DNA of 64,000 nucleotides from an uncultured Chromatiales bacterium (GCA_964442745.1 CAYUAI010000008.1:22337-86336); one strand, 5' to 3'; positions 19,222 through 32,695 are shown, counted from the stretch's first letter. The notes: a model not told the origin generated them from the letters alone. Made by a program: numbers and translations.

Positions 19222-19578
19222 TTAGCGATCACCCAACGTCCCAGCCGGCGATTTAACGGGAGAGCCTATCACAATGGACTTCGCGTGAATCACTAATTGA
19301 TAGGTGTGCTTGCGAGACACAGCACGATTCAGAAAACCAATGACGCTTAATGGCGTACCCACTTGTACAGATTTCAAAATGGCAGCCAACTCGTCACCGC
19401 ATGCAATCGTTAATACTCGGCAATAAACCGCTCGTTTCAGTGTCACTTCTTCCTGCTCGGAACGGTGTTCTAACAAAAACCGACTGATCGGAATGCCCGC
19501 TGGACTAAAACGTATCTCTGGTAAACTATAGGCTGTTCCACTCAGCGCAATGCGATTATTATCCAGCACTTCTCTCAT
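19222..19578 (-). CDS. priB: Primosomal replication protein N (PriB)
   Basis: …[37 protein letters not shown]… aligns with E. coli PriB (NRLVLSGTV…[20 protein letters not shown]). The start is uncertain and overlaps the rpsF 3' end. Confidence 0.7.
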   Translation of the reverse strand: MREVLDNNRIALSGTAYSLPEIRFSPAGIPISRFLLEHRSEQEEVTLKRAVYCRVLTIACGDELAAILKSVQVGTPLSVIGFLNRAVSRKHTYQLVIHAKSIVIGSPVKSPAGTLGDR

Positions 19579-19945
19579 GACGGCCACTGGCTTCTGGCGC
19601 ACTCGGCCGTGGCGTCGCATCGGCTTCTTTTTCTTTCGATAATATTGATGACTCAGTAACCGCCGCCTTACAACGAATCACCATATTCCTCAGCACCGCA
19701 TCATTAAAACGAAAAGCGCTCGTGAGTTCATCTAACACCGCCTGAGAACATTCAATATTCATGAGAATATAGTGTGCTTTATGAATTTTATTGATCGGAT
19801 AAGCTAATTGGCGGCGGCCCCAATCTTCTAGACGATGCACTTGGCCACCATCCACGGTAATCGTAGCGCGGTATTTTTCTACCATGGCAGGGACTTGTTC
19901 ACTCTGGTCAGGGTGAACTAAAAATATAATTTCATAATGTCTCAT
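19559..19945 (-). CDS. rpsF: 30S ribosomal protein S6
   Basis: [25 protein letters not shown] is the canonical S6 N-terminus. Confidence 0.95.
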   Translation of the reverse strand: MRHYEIIFLVHPDQSEQVPAMVEKYRATITVDGGQVHRLEDWGRRQLAYPINKIHKAHYILMNIECSQAVLDELTSAFRFNDAVLRNMVIRCKAAVTESSILSKEKEADATPRPSAPEASGRHERSAG

Positions 19946-20126
19946 TTTGGCTCCCTATGGATAATAAAGTCGCCTCCCCTATCAACTGACAGAGTAAAGC
20001 AAGGAGAAACATATCTCCTCCTTAACATGGAGGAAAGCGGACTATTGTAGCGCCATCACGCGACGGTTGCAATGCGCATATATTCAAGCCGATTGAACAT
20101 TATTTTACCGCAAAACTATCCGCAGA

Positions 20127-20870
20127 TCATTGCCGTTGGCGCACCGCTTCGAACAAAAATACGCCAGATGCAACCGACGCATTCAGGCTCGCTAATTGAT
20201 GCCCCATCGGGATTTTCGCCAAATAATCACAGTGTTTTAAGGTTAGATGACGGGCGCCTTTCCCCTCACTACCAATCACCATCGCGCAAGGGACACGAAA
20301 ATCGATGTCATACAGGTTTGTCTCGGTATCCAAACTTGCACCCGTGATCCACACCCCTTGTTGTTTTAGCCATTCCATACATCGCACCAGGTTGGTCACT
20401 TGAATAAACGGTACATGCTCGGCGGCACCACACGCCACTTTTCTCACCGTACCAGTCATACCGACAGCCCGGTGCTTCGGTGCAATAACAGCATCGACCC
20501 CTGCCCCTAACGCGGTACGTAAGCAGGCCCCCAAGTTATGAGGATCTTGGACACCATCTAAAATCAGCAATAATGGAGCGGTTGTCAATGTTGGCAACAA
20601 TTGTTTTAAATAAATCTCGCTCAACGCCGTGGGTTCATCACAAAAAACTAACACACCTTGATGGGTCGCTTGCTTGGTGTGACGGTCGATATCCTGCTTG
20701 TCTTTCCAAATCACTCGGCATTGATTTTTTTCGGCTAACTGCAAGATTTGATTGAGTCGGGTATTTTTGCTTTTTGGCGGTTGGCGTTGCAGCCAAATCT
20801 CTTGAATCGAAGCCGGCGCTTGCTCAAGCGTGGCCAATGCTGAATGCAAACCATAGACAAAATGCGTCAT
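20127..20870 (-). CDS. rlmB: 23S rRNA (guanosine2251-2'-O)-methyltransferase RlmB (SpoU/TrmH family)
   Basis: SpoU-family motifs (…LLILDGVQDPHNLGACLRTA…) and position immediately downstream of rnr. Confidence 0.8.
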   Translation of the reverse strand: MTHFVYGLHSALATLEQAPASIQEIWLQRQPPKSKNTRLNQILQLAEKNQCRVIWKDKQDIDRHTKQATHQGVLVFCDEPTALSEIYLKQLLPTLTTAPLLLILDGVQDPHNLGACLRTALGAGVDAVIAPKHRAVGMTGTVRKVACGAAEHVPFIQVTNLVRCMEWLKQQGVWITGASLDTETNLYDIDFRVPCAMVIGSEGKGARHLTLKHCDYLAKIPMGHQLASLNASVASGVFLFEAVRQRQ

Positions 20871-23065
20871 TTTCGTCTGGCTTTTTTGCGAGAAGAAGTG
20901 ACCAATTCAAAATCGATTTTTTTATCTTCCAGGTTCACCCGCACCACTTTAATCTGCACAGGATCTGATAACTGAAATGCCTGACCTGTACGTTCCCCAC
21001 TGAGCCGATGTTTGGCCGCATCAAAGTGAAAATAATCGCTACCTAATGCAGTGACATGCACCAAACCCTCAACATAGATATCATTTAATTCAACAAAGAT
21101 ACCAAAGCTGGTCACGGTAGAAATACGACCAGCAAAGCTTTCCCCAACTTTGTCTTGCATGTATTCACATTTCAACCAGTCAACCACATCCCGAGTCGCA
21201 TCATCGGCACGGCGCTCAGTCATGGAACAATGTTCACCCACTTTATCAATATCTTCGGTGGAATAATGATATTTCTTTTCATGGGAAATTAAACGGCGGA
21301 TCGCCCGATGCACCAACAGATCAGGATAACGCCTAATCGGTGAGGTAAAATGGGTATAAGCATCAAAGGCCAAGCCAAAATGCCCGCTATTATTGGAACA
21401 GTAAACCGCCTGACTTAAACTCCTAAGCAACACCAGCTCTATCAGGCGGGCATCGGGGCGCTCCCGTATGCTTTCAAGTAATTTTCGATAATGTTTGGGT
21501 TCGGTATTCTTGCGCCCACCAAAGCGCAATCCAAACTCTTTTAAAAAAGCCCTCACGTCGGTGAGTTTTTCTTCGGTCGGCGGGTTATGAATTCGATATA
21601 AAGCAGGCACTTCATTAACGGCCAAATAATCCGCCGCCGCCACATTGGCCGCGATCATGCATTCCTCAATGAGCCGGTGTGCGTCATTTCTAACGACGGG
21701 TACAATGCGATCTATTTTTTTATTTTCACCGAAGACAATCTGGGTTTCAGTCGTTTCAAATTCGATGGTGCCGCGCCGTTCACGACGCATCAATAACATC
21801 TGATACAAATCATAAAGTACCTCTAAATGAGGCACCAACGTCGTATACTGTTTTCGAAGTGGCTTATCATTTTCTTGTAAAATAGCCGCCACCTGATTAT
21901 AGGTAAATCGTTGGGCAGAACGCATGACCCCATCAAAAAAGCGATACTGCCGTACGGTTCCGACATGCGAAATCATCATCTCGCACACCAAACAAAGGCG
22001 ATCCACATGCGGTTTAAGAGAGCACAATTCGTTGGATAAAATTTCGGGGAGCATGGGAACCACACGCTCTGGAAAATAGACCGAGTTGCCTCGGGTCAGC
22101 GCTTCCTCATCGAGTGCGCTGGCTGGCTTCACATAATGGGAAACATCGGCAATCGCCACTAACAAACGCCAACCTTTTCCCTTACGCTCAGCATACACGG
22201 CATCATCGAAATCCCGAGCATCTTCACCATCAATGGTCACCAGTGGCAAATGACGCAGATCTTCGCGCCCAGCCATTTCCTGCTCAGAAACTGAAGTGGT
22301 GAAATTTTTAATTTGAGCCTGCACGGCTTCTGGCCACTCGTTGGGAATTTCATACGAGCGAATCGCCATGTCAATCTCCATGCCTGGGGCTAAATGATCC
22401 CCAAGCACTTCATCAATGCGTCCAACGGGCTGGGCACGCCAGGTCGGTTGTTCGAGTATCTCAGCCACCACAATCTGACCATCTTTTGCGGCACCGCGAT
22501 GCTCCGCCGGGATTAACACGTCTTGCGTAATTTTTTTATTGCTAGAAGCCACAAAACCAACCTCATGTTCCGCACGAAAACGCCCGACAATATGGGTATT
22601 GGCACGCTCCAATACTTCGACGGGCGCCCCTTCTCGCCGGCCACGTCGGTCAATACCGGCCACCCTGGCAACAATTCGATCGCCATGTAATAAACCACGC
22701 ATGCGTTGGCCAGAAATGAACAAATCATTACTTCCATCATCTGGCACCAAAAAACCAAAGCCATCCGCATGACCAATCACCCGCCCCTTAATCAAGTCCA
22801 TTTTCTTGACTAAGCCAAATTCACCACGACGGTTACGAATTAATTGACCGTCCCGCTCCATCGCTCGCAAGCGGCGCTTCAATGCATCTAAATCCACCTC
22901 GTCACTGAGCTGTAACGCCACCGCCAGTTTTTTAAAGGTGAATAATCTTCCTGTTTGGCTGAGTTTTTCTGCAATAAACTCCCGGCTGGGAATCGGCCTC
23001 TCATAGTTTTCTGATTCGCGACCGGCAAAAGGATCATCCTTAAACCTTTTCTTCTTCATTGACAA
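20867..23065 (-). CDS. rnr: Ribonuclease R
   Basis: 732 aa with cold-shock/OB domains, an RNB catalytic domain, a C-terminal S1 domain and a Lys/Arg-rich tail. rnr-rlmB synteny. Confidence 0.9.
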   Translation of the reverse strand: MSMKKKRFKDDPFAGRESENYERPIPSREFIAEKLSQTGRLFTFKKLAVALQLSDEVDLDALKRRLRAMERDGQLIRNRRGEFGLVKKMDLIKGRVIGHADGFGFLVPDDGSNDLFISGQRMRGLLHGDRIVARVAGIDRRGRREGAPVEVLERANTHIVGRFRAEHEVGFVASSNKKITQDVLIPAEHRGAAKDGQIVVAEILEQPTWRAQPVGRIDEVLGDHLAPGMEIDMAIRSYEIPNEWPEAVQAQIKNFTTSVSEQEMAGREDLRHLPLVTIDGEDARDFDDAVYAERKGKGWRLLVAIADVSHYVKPASALDEEALTRGNSVYFPERVVPMLPEILSNELCSLKPHVDRLCLVCEMMISHVGTVRQYRFFDGVMRSAQRFTYNQVAAILQENDKPLRKQYTTLVPHLEVLYDLYQMLLMRRERRGTIEFETTETQIVFGENKKIDRIVPVVRNDAHRLIEECMIAANVAAADYLAVNEVPALYRIHNPPTEEKLTDVRAFLKEFGLRFGGRKNTEPKHYRKLLESIRERPDARLIELVLLRSLSQAVYCSNNSGHFGLAFDAYTHFTSPIRRYPDLLVHRAIRRLISHEKKYHYSTEDIDKVGEHCSMTERRADDATRDVVDWLKCEYMQDKVGESFAGRISTVTSFGIFVELNDIYVEGLVHVTALGSDYFHFDAAKHRLSGERTGQAFQLSDPVQIKVVRVNLEDKKIDFELVTSSRKKARRK

Positions 23066-23110
23066 ATAAACTCTCTCTCGGTAAAGTGCATGCTTTGGAT
23101 AATATCAAAA

Positions 23111-23197
23111 GCCGAGGTGGTGAAATTGGTAGACACGCTAGCTTCAGGTGCTAGTGGAGGTAACTCCATGGAGGTTCGAGTCCTCTCCTCGGCACCA
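23111..23197 (+). tRNA. tRNA-Leu (anticodon CAG)
   Basis: GCCGAGGTGGTGAAATTGGTAGAC…GCTAGCTTCAGGTGCTAG…long variable arm…GGTTCGAGTCCTCTCCTCGGCACCA. Cloverleaf with CAG anticodon and encoded CCA. Confidence 0.9.
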
Positions 23198-23337
23198 ATG
23201 ATATAAAATGTTTTGCTGTTTCTTCTCAACACTTGCATCAGCTTATTTCAAAATACCTCAGTGAACGACAAGGCCCTGTTTAATAGAGGGTTCAACCCCC
23301 GATTGGGTGTAGACGATGCCTTGTGTCGGCTCATGCG

Positions 23338-25828
<2,491 letters not shown>

Positions 25829-25973
25829 GAATAGACCTTAATTCTTAATGATGAAGAAGCGAATGTATTGAACGCGGTTAACCGTCAATTTTAAGGGAAT
25901 AAAAATTTGAGTACGCCGCTTAAATTCTCATTCCTAAGTCGCATCCAGGCCTTCACCAGCGATATCACGCCGC

Positions 25974-26159
25974 TTAATTAACCGCATACAGTATCGCCAA
26001 ACCTAATAACATACTGACCAATCCACCATACCGTAAGGAGGTATTGTCCAGCTGCGCCATTGTGATTAACGCATTGCGCATTAAGTCCGGGTTGATAAAA
26101 GGAATCAATCCTTCAAGCACCAGTATTAACGCGGTCGCCACCCATAGTTCGTGCCACAT
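25974..26159 (-). CDS. DUF2065 small membrane protein
   Basis: 61-aa hydrophobic ORF in the conserved slot between hflC and hisZ. Confidence 0.5.
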   Translation of the reverse strand: MWHELWVATALILVLEGLIPFINPDLMRNALITMAQLDNTSLRYGGLVSMLLGLAILYAVN

Positions 26160-26191
26160 TATTCGTTCTCAGCAATCATACGACTGACCAC

Positions 26192-26226
26192 AAAAAAGAT
26201 CGGGCCACCGGCCCGATCTTTTTTAA
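26192..26226 (-). terminator. Rho-independent terminator downstream of hflC
   Basis: GATCGGGCC-ACC-GGCCCGATC perfect stem flanked by an A-run and a T-run, which also makes it a bidirectional terminator. Confidence 0.75.
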
Positions 26227-26250
26227 AAGGATGCCGCAACAAAAAGCATG

Positions 26251-27144
26251 TTACTCGGTATTCTCATCCATGCCTTTCGGTGTTGAAAAATACCTAAAAA
26301 ATTCGGTATTCGGCTCAATAACGAACACATCACTTTTACTCTTAAATGATGTTCGATAGGCATTCAAACTTCGGTGAAAAGCATAAAACTCGGCATCGGC
26401 ATTATAAGCATCTGCATAAATTTTCGCCGACCGCGCATCACCAATCCCTTTAATTTGTTCCGCATCACGATACCCTTCGGCAATGAGCACTTCACGCTGT
26501 CGGTCGGCATCGGCACGAATACGCTCGGCTTCTTCTGAACCGCGAGAGCGAAAATCTTTTGCCACCCGGCCACGTTCCGCTTCCATACGTAAGTACACCG
26601 AATTACTTACATCACGAGGCAAATCGATGCGCTTAATACGAACGTCAACCACATCAATCCCAAATTCAGCCAGTTGTTTGGATACGGTAATGGCTAAATT
26701 ATTCATAATTTGCGCACGCTCTCCCGATACGGCCTCCTGGATAGTTCGTTTACCAAACTCATTCCGTAAACCATCCTTGGTAATTTGTGATATACGAAGC
26801 GAGGCTCTGCGCTCATCCCCTCCCATGGACTTATAATATTCAGCCACATTCACAATACGCCACTTGACGAACGAATCAACAATGACATTTTTCTTTTCAC
26901 TCGTTAAAAATTCTTCTGGCTCGGCATCCACCGTCAAAATACGACCGTCAAATTTACGTATATTGTGAATGAGAGGGATCTTGAAGTGCAAACCGGGCTC
27001 ATAGTCAGACTTGACAATTTTTCCCAGACGAAACTTGATCACCTTTTCCCGCTCATCAACGGTAAACAATGAAAAAGAACCGACCACGACAACAACAGCT
27101 AAAGCCACCCCGATCAGTCGTAAATTATTTAAAATACGTTCCAT
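26251..27144 (-). CDS. hflC: Protease modulator HflC
   Basis: SPFH/band-7 domain and N-terminal TM segment. hflK-hflC order. Confidence 0.9.
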   Translation of the reverse strand: MERILNNLRLIGVALAVVVVVGSFSLFTVDEREKVIKFRLGKIVKSDYEPGLHFKIPLIHNIRKFDGRILTVDAEPEEFLTSEKKNVIVDSFVKWRIVNVAEYYKSMGGDERRASLRISQITKDGLRNEFGKRTIQEAVSGERAQIMNNLAITVSKQLAEFGIDVVDVRIKRIDLPRDVSNSVYLRMEAERGRVAKDFRSRGSEEAERIRADADRQREVLIAEGYRDAEQIKGIGDARSAKIYADAYNADAEFYAFHRSLNAYRTSFKSKSDVFVIEPNTEFFRYFSTPKGMDENTE

Positions 27145-27146
27145 GA

Positions 27147-28358
27147 TTATCGCTCCCGACTACGTAGATTATCCCGCACCCGAGGCCTCGCTTCCGAGCT
27201 ACGGCTTACGGTTTGATCAGACTGAAGAAACGGTGGAACGACAGGCACCACGTTGCTTGAAGCATGAGCAGATGACATAAATTTATCCAGCGGCAAATAT
27301 AGCAAATTGTTACCACCTTCCACATCTAACATTACCTTGCTCACATTAGCCATGACACTCTCCACCGTTTCAATGTAAAGCCGCTGGCGAGTCACATCTG
27401 GCGCTTTTTTGTATTCTGCGTATAACTGAGAAAAACGACTGGCCTCACCTTCAGCCTGAGCAATCACACGCTCTTTATAGCCATTGGCTTCCTCAAGTTG
27501 GCGAGCGGCATTACCACGCGCTTTCGGAATAATATCATTGGCATAGGCTTCTGCATCATTAATTAAGCGCTGTTTATCTTCCCGCGCCTTGATCGCATCA
27601 TCAAATGCCCCCTTCACTTCTTCAGGCGGTTGAGCGCTCTGCAAGTTAACACTGGTAACCAACAAACCGGTTTGATAGAGATCCAAAATTTTCTGCATCA
27701 AGGTTTCAATTTGATCAGCGATTTCACTCTGTCCCTGGGTTAACACAAAATCCATCTTACTGCGCCCAATCGCCGATCGAACCGCCGCTTCAGTGGCTTG
27801 CCGCAACGTCGCATCAGGATCTCTCACGCTGAATAGATAGTCTCTTGCCTCTTTCACTCGATACTGTACGGCAAACTCAATATCAACAATATTCTCATCC
27901 TGAGTTAACATCAAAGCTTCCTGAGGCACGGATGTGGATTCACGCGCATTGCTGGATCGATAACCTATTTCCACATTCCGGCTTTGATCAACATCAACAA
28001 TCTCAACACGCTCAAATGGGTATGGAATATGCCAATGAGGACCTGAGCTGGTCGTATCCACATATTGACCAAACCGCAACACGACACCCCGCTCTGCCGG
28101 CTCGACAATATAAATTCCCGATAACACCCAAACCACAAAACCAATGGCAACGGCACCCGCAACAAGAATAAGACTACCGCGACTGCCGCTAGAAGGGCCA
28201 CCACCGCTAGCACCACCCCCCTTACCACCGAAGAGGCTGGTCACCTTAGCTTGTATTTTTTTTACCACTTCATCCAGATCTGGGGGACCTTGGTCTTTTC
28301 TATCTCGATTACCCCATGGGTCCTTATCGCCAGAACCACCAGGTTCATTCCAGGCCAT
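27147..28358 (-). CDS. hflK: Protease modulator HflK
   Basis: Gly-rich low-complexity N-terminus, TM segment and SPFH domain. 403 aa. Confidence 0.9.
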   Translation of the reverse strand: MAWNEPGGSGDKDPWGNRDRKDQGPPDLDEVVKKIQAKVTSLFGGKGGGASGGGPSSGSRGSLILVAGAVAIGFVVWVLSGIYIVEPAERGVVLRFGQYVDTTSSGPHWHIPYPFERVEIVDVDQSRNVEIGYRSSNARESTSVPQEALMLTQDENIVDIEFAVQYRVKEARDYLFSVRDPDATLRQATEAAVRSAIGRSKMDFVLTQGQSEIADQIETLMQKILDLYQTGLLVTSVNLQSAQPPEEVKGAFDDAIKAREDKQRLINDAEAYANDIIPKARGNAARQLEEANGYKERVIAQAEGEASRFSQLYAEYKKAPDVTRQRLYIETVESVMANVSKVMLDVEGGNNLLYLPLDKFMSSAHASSNVVPVVPPFLQSDQTVSRSSEARPRVRDNLRSRER

Positions 28359-28488
28359 TCGCTACTCCATCTTAGATTAATGTTTATACCATGTGTTTAC
28401 CGCAGCTTTCTTGACTGTACTGTACCGATCTATTAACAATCACATACATCTTCAAAAATGCGAGCGAGCTATTTGAATTCTATGCGCC

Positions 28489-29799
28489 TTAACCGGCACC
28501 TGCAAGTAAATGCCCATTACCAAACAGCACATCATCAATGACGATCATACCTTCCTGAGCAAAGTTGTCCAGTGTTTGCTGTTGCAGGTTAATTTCTAAC
28601 AGATACCCCCCATCATTCAATGATTTTTCTTGAGCAACCGCTCCCAGCCCATACAATTGAGCGCGTAAGCGGCCTTGCTCCGGCAATACCTTAACCCAAG
28701 TCTGTACCAATCGACAACCAAAATAACGCCGCAAAACCTGAGGAATTAAATCCACACCTTCGCCCGTCTTTGCTGATAACCAAATGCGCTTCACCTGACC
28801 ATTTTCATCTTCGTCACAGCGGGGCATACACTCATATAGGCCATCGATTTTATTATAAATTTCGATTTGAGGTATCTCTCCGGCCCCCATTTCTTTTAAT
28901 ACCGAGTTTACCTGTTCAACACGCACACCGCGATCATCTGACGTCGCGTCAATCACGTGAAGCAGTAAGCTACTTTCTACGGTCTCTTCTAATGTTGAAC
29001 GAAAAGCAGCGATTAAATCATGAGGTAATTGCTTCAAAAAACCCACTGTATCTACCAATATCGCCGGACCCGCATCACCAAAATCGACACGACGCAAAGT
29101 TGAATCCAGGGTGGCGAACAACTGATCCGCTGTATAGACATTAGCCCGGCATAACTGATTAAACAACGTGGATTTTCCGACATTAGTGTAACCGACTAAA
29201 GCCACGGTAGGTAACGATACTTTTTGACGTGAACGGCGCCCTTGCTGCCGTTGCCGGCGGACTTTTTCTAAGCGCTTAGTGATGTACTTCATGCGTTGTG
29301 CGATCAGCCGCTTATCGACTTCAAGCTGCGTTTCACCGGGTCCGCGCAAACCAATGCCACCTTTTTGCCGTTCCAAGTGAGTCCAGCCACGGATCAAGCG
29401 CGTCGATAAGTGTTTTAATTGCGCCAATTCAACCTGAAGTTTACCTTCAAATGAGCGGGCACGTTGAGCAAAAATGTCAAGGATAAGGCCCGTCCGATCA
29501 AGGACTCGGCATTTTAACCGTTGCTCCAAATTACGCTCCTGGGCTGGCGATAAAATATGATCAAATATCACCAACTCAGCGTGAGTACTCAAAACCAAAT
29601 CAACCAGTTCCTCGGCTTTCCCCTTACCGATAAAATATTTCGGATCTGGCACAGAGCGCGCACCTAAAACCGTCGCAACGGTTTTCGCACCAGCCGAGGC
29701 TACTAGCTCTTCGAATTCACCCATATCCCGATCAGGGTTCGGCCCAATATTGAGGTGAACAACAATCGCAATTTCACCGCCTTCCGGGCGCTCAAACAA
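28489..29799 (-). CDS. hflX: GTPase HflX
   Basis: HflX N-terminal domain plus G-domain (GYTNVGKSTLFN, DTVGF). 436 aa. Confidence 0.9.
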   Translation of the reverse strand: MFERPEGGEIAIVVHLNIGPNPDRDMGEFEELVASAGAKTVATVLGARSVPDPKYFIGKGKAEELVDLVLSTHAELVIFDHILSPAQERNLEQRLKCRVLDRTGLILDIFAQRARSFEGKLQVELAQLKHLSTRLIRGWTHLERQKGGIGLRGPGETQLEVDKRLIAQRMKYITKRLEKVRRQRQQGRRSRQKVSLPTVALVGYTNVGKSTLFNQLCRANVYTADQLFATLDSTLRRVDFGDAGPAILVDTVGFLKQLPHDLIAAFRSTLEETVESSLLLHVIDATSDDRGVRVEQVNSVLKEMGAGEIPQIEIYNKIDGLYECMPRCDEDENGQVKRIWLSAKTGEGVDLIPQVLRRYFGCRLVQTWVKVLPEQGRLRAQLYGLGAVAQEKSLNDGGYLLEINLQQQTLDNFAQEGMIVIDDVLFGNGHLLAGAG

Positions 29800-29819
29800 A
29801 CTTCACCACCAAACGACAA

Positions 29820-30068
29820 TTAGCTATCCGATTCAGATGATAATTCATCAGGATTTGTTAATTTCACATTTCTAGAGGGCACAACAGTAGAAATAGCATG
29901 CTTATATACCATTTGGCTCACACTATTCTTCAGCAAAACAACAAATTGATCGAATGAATCTATTTGCCCCTGCAATTTAATGCCATTCACCAGATAGATA
30001 GAAACAGGTATTTTTTCCTTCCGTAGCATATTCAAGAAAGGGTCTTGTAATGTCTGCCCTTTTGACAT
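29820..30068 (-). CDS. hfq: RNA chaperone Hfq
   Basis: [48 protein letters not shown]… Sm fold. Confidence 0.95.
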   Translation of the reverse strand: MSKGQTLQDPFLNMLRKEKIPVSIYLVNGIKLQGQIDSFDQFVVLLKNSVSQMVYKHAISTVVPSRNVKLTNPDELSSESDS

Positions 30069-30896
30069 GTTTCATCTCCTTTTTTAATTAATTATTTTTC
30101 TGCATAACGGCCATAAATCAAACCGCTGATTTCAAAATCGGTTAATTACTCTCGCTACTCAGCCGATTTACCCAGCCTAGCGATGCACTCGCTTATACCT
30201 GTTAAATCCAGTCACTGATATAACGAACATTGAATAAAAAACCGCCCACTACATTCTATCGACAAATATTCGCAGGATAAGCCATTAGGTAACTCGGCCT
30301 ATCCCGAACACGCTGCTTTTCTAAACAGGACATAGAATTTCACTTCACACCGAATCTAATCATCATAGCCATCTAAATTGCCTACAGAACACCAACTGAC
30401 GGACAATATCACTCATCCATGATTAGCTAAACTACAATGACGACAGCGGATGATTACTGTGTATCATGCGATACAAAGCAATCACGTCGCTGAGTATAGG
30501 ATAAACAATTGCAAATTTAAACTTAATTATTGTCATACCTACCTGATATCTTTCTAATGAGACATCGTTGAACTCGCACCATTGACAATCTCATTCATTA
30601 TAATGCATAAAAACAAAAGATCTATCTCGGCGTAGGTAACTTATAGTAGCAACACAAATCACCCATAATAAACCGTAAAAAGGAAAAGGTCATTGATTAG
30701 AATCACACCTTACTTGTATACCCCATCCACCACCGCTATCAAAAGCTAAATGCCAACACGGGCCATTATCCGGCACGCTGATATCCACATACCTAGCCAA
30801 ACATTGAGTTTTGATATCAAACGCTTAACCCTCACTCCCGAAAGCCTAAACCGAGCTAAATTTAATGACAGTGACTCTGATGTATGGAGTGTGGGC

Positions 30897-31835
30897 TTAT
30901 ATTGGGATTTTTTCAAGGCTTTTCAAGATTTGATCTAAAAGTTTTTTGTCTTGCATTGAAAACCAAGTGACATCCTGCTCAGCACGTAGTCGCGTTAATT
31001 GTCTTTTTGCCAACTGACGCGTGGCCGCCATGGCTTTGGCTTTCATTGCCTGAAAGTTTAATTTTTGTTCAAAATATTGCCAAATTTGACGATATCCCAC
31101 GGCCCGCATGGACGGCATATTTAAATTTAAATCACCTCGCTCATAGAATCCTTTGACTTCGTTGACCAACCCCTCTTCCAGCATTATTTCAAAACGCTGG
31201 TTAATAGCTTTATGAAGTAACTGCCGATCTTCTGGATAGAGTGCTATTTTAAACAAATCAAAAGGAAAATTTTCTCGTTTTTGTTTTTTCCAATAATCCG
31301 TCATCGCTTGGCCAGTGAGCTCATAAACTTCCAAAGCACGCTGTATGCGCTGTGAATCATTCGGATGAATACGTTCAGCGGCGTCAGGATCAATATGACG
31401 CAGGCGTTGATGCATCGCCTGCCAACCCAATTGCTGCGCTTGCTCATCAATACGGTGCCTCAACTCAGGGGCCGCGGATGGTAAATCAGAAAGCCCATAT
31501 TGCAACGCCCGAAAATAGAGCATCGTCCCCCCAACGAGTAACGGAATTTTTTGCCGATGAATAATTGATTGAATGAGCGATAACGCGTCTACGCTAAACT
31601 GCGAAGCGGAGTACGCCTCACTCGGATCACAAATATCAATGAGATGATGAGGAATGCTTTCGATTAACTGACGATGGGGTTTCGAGGTACCAATATCCAT
31701 ACCACGGTATACCAACGCTGAATCAACACTAATAATTTCGAATGGCAACTGCTGGGTAAGCTCAATGGCTAAATCCGTCTTACCTGAGGCGGTTGGCCCC
31801 ATGAGAAATACAACACGGGGGGTGATTTCAGACAT
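30897..31835 (-). CDS. miaA: tRNA dimethylallyltransferase
   Basis: P-loop GPTASGKT and the conserved MiaA core. 312 aa. Confidence 0.9.
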   Translation of the reverse strand: MSEITPRVVFLMGPTASGKTDLAIELTQQLPFEIISVDSALVYRGMDIGTSKPHRQLIESIPHHLIDICDPSEAYSASQFSVDALSLIQSIIHRQKIPLLVGGTMLYFRALQYGLSDLPSAAPELRHRIDEQAQQLGWQAMHQRLRHIDPDAAERIHPNDSQRIQRALEVYELTGQAMTDYWKKQKRENFPFDLFKIALYPEDRQLLHKAINQRFEIMLEEGLVNEVKGFYERGDLNLNMPSMRAVGYRQIWQYFEQKLNFQAMKAKAMAATRQLAKRQLTRLRAEQDVTWFSMQDKKLLDQILKSLEKIPI

Positions 31836-32050
31836 ACATTTTACACATTACGTAAAAACATCACTCTGCAAAACTTGCGGCACCATACCGTATAAATCTC
31901 AAGTCGATACTGCACACCAGCGCTTTTCTCAAGCCATTGACAATACATTTTGCCACTGATTGCTAAGCAAATTTGATCAATCATGAAAAATAATGCTCGA
32001 CTGATTGACGCCGATGACAACGTCAACCAATCGAAATTACCTCTATTTTA

Positions 32051-32695
32051 TCATGCCTCTATCAAGCCGTGCCGAATGGCTAACAACGTCAGCGACACGT
32101 CACTATCAACATCGAGCTTAGCAAACAGCCGGTATCGATAGGTATTAATCGTTTTAGGACTAATACTCAGTGAATTTGAAATCGCGGCCACTCGCTGCCC
32201 GGCAATAATCATCATCATCACCTGTAGCTCCCGCTCGGATAATACCGCTACCGGCGACTCCACAAGCGGACCTGCCACTCGGTTTAGCGCATGTGTTTGT
32301 ACACAATCACAACCAATATACTGGTTTCCCTGCTGTACTTCAGCGATGGCTTTACTGACTTCATCCACATCTGTCCGATATGTGAGGTAAGCGTCCACAC
32401 CGGCTTTTAAAAACCGCGTTGGAATCGGCTCTTTATTCTGGGCCGCCAACATAATAATTTTAATGCCTGAATTAATCTCTTTTATACGCCGAACCAGATC
32501 AAAATACTCGCCTTTCATGATACACATATCCAATACCAACACATCCGCCGGATTTTTTTGAAAAAAATCTAGCGCTGCCGCTTCTGGATCAGGATCACAT
32601 GCCCCAACAATGGAAATATCTGGCAGCCCCTCTAAGGCTTTAACTAAACCAATACGAAATAACGGATACGAAGAAAATACAAGAACTGATGCCAC
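32051..32695 (-). CDS. LuxR/NarL-family regulator with a degenerate (pseudo-)receiver domain
   Basis: C-terminal LuxR HTH (SERELQVMMMIIAGQRVAAISNSLSISPKTINTYRYRLFAKL). In the N-terminal REC fold, the acidic pair is replaced by Ser-Ser (VLVFSSYP versus NarL LLIDDHP) and the conserved Lys is absent (AYLTYRTD). Confidence 0.7.
   Translation of the reverse strand: MASVLVFSSYPLFRIGLVKALEGLPDISIVGACDPDPEAAALDFFQKNPADVLVLDMCIMKGEYFDLVRRIKEINSGIKIIMLAAQNKEPIPTRFLKAGVDAYLTYRTDVDEVSKAIAEVQQGNQYIGCDCVQTHALNRVAGPLVESPVAVLSERELQVMMMIIAGQRVAAISNSLSISPKTINTYRYRLFAKLDVDSDVSLTLLAIRHGLIEA

Noticed and set aside
23056-23238. 60-aa minus-strand ORF overlapping tRNA-Leu
   Set aside because: It is antisense to a well-formed tRNA gene and is spurious.
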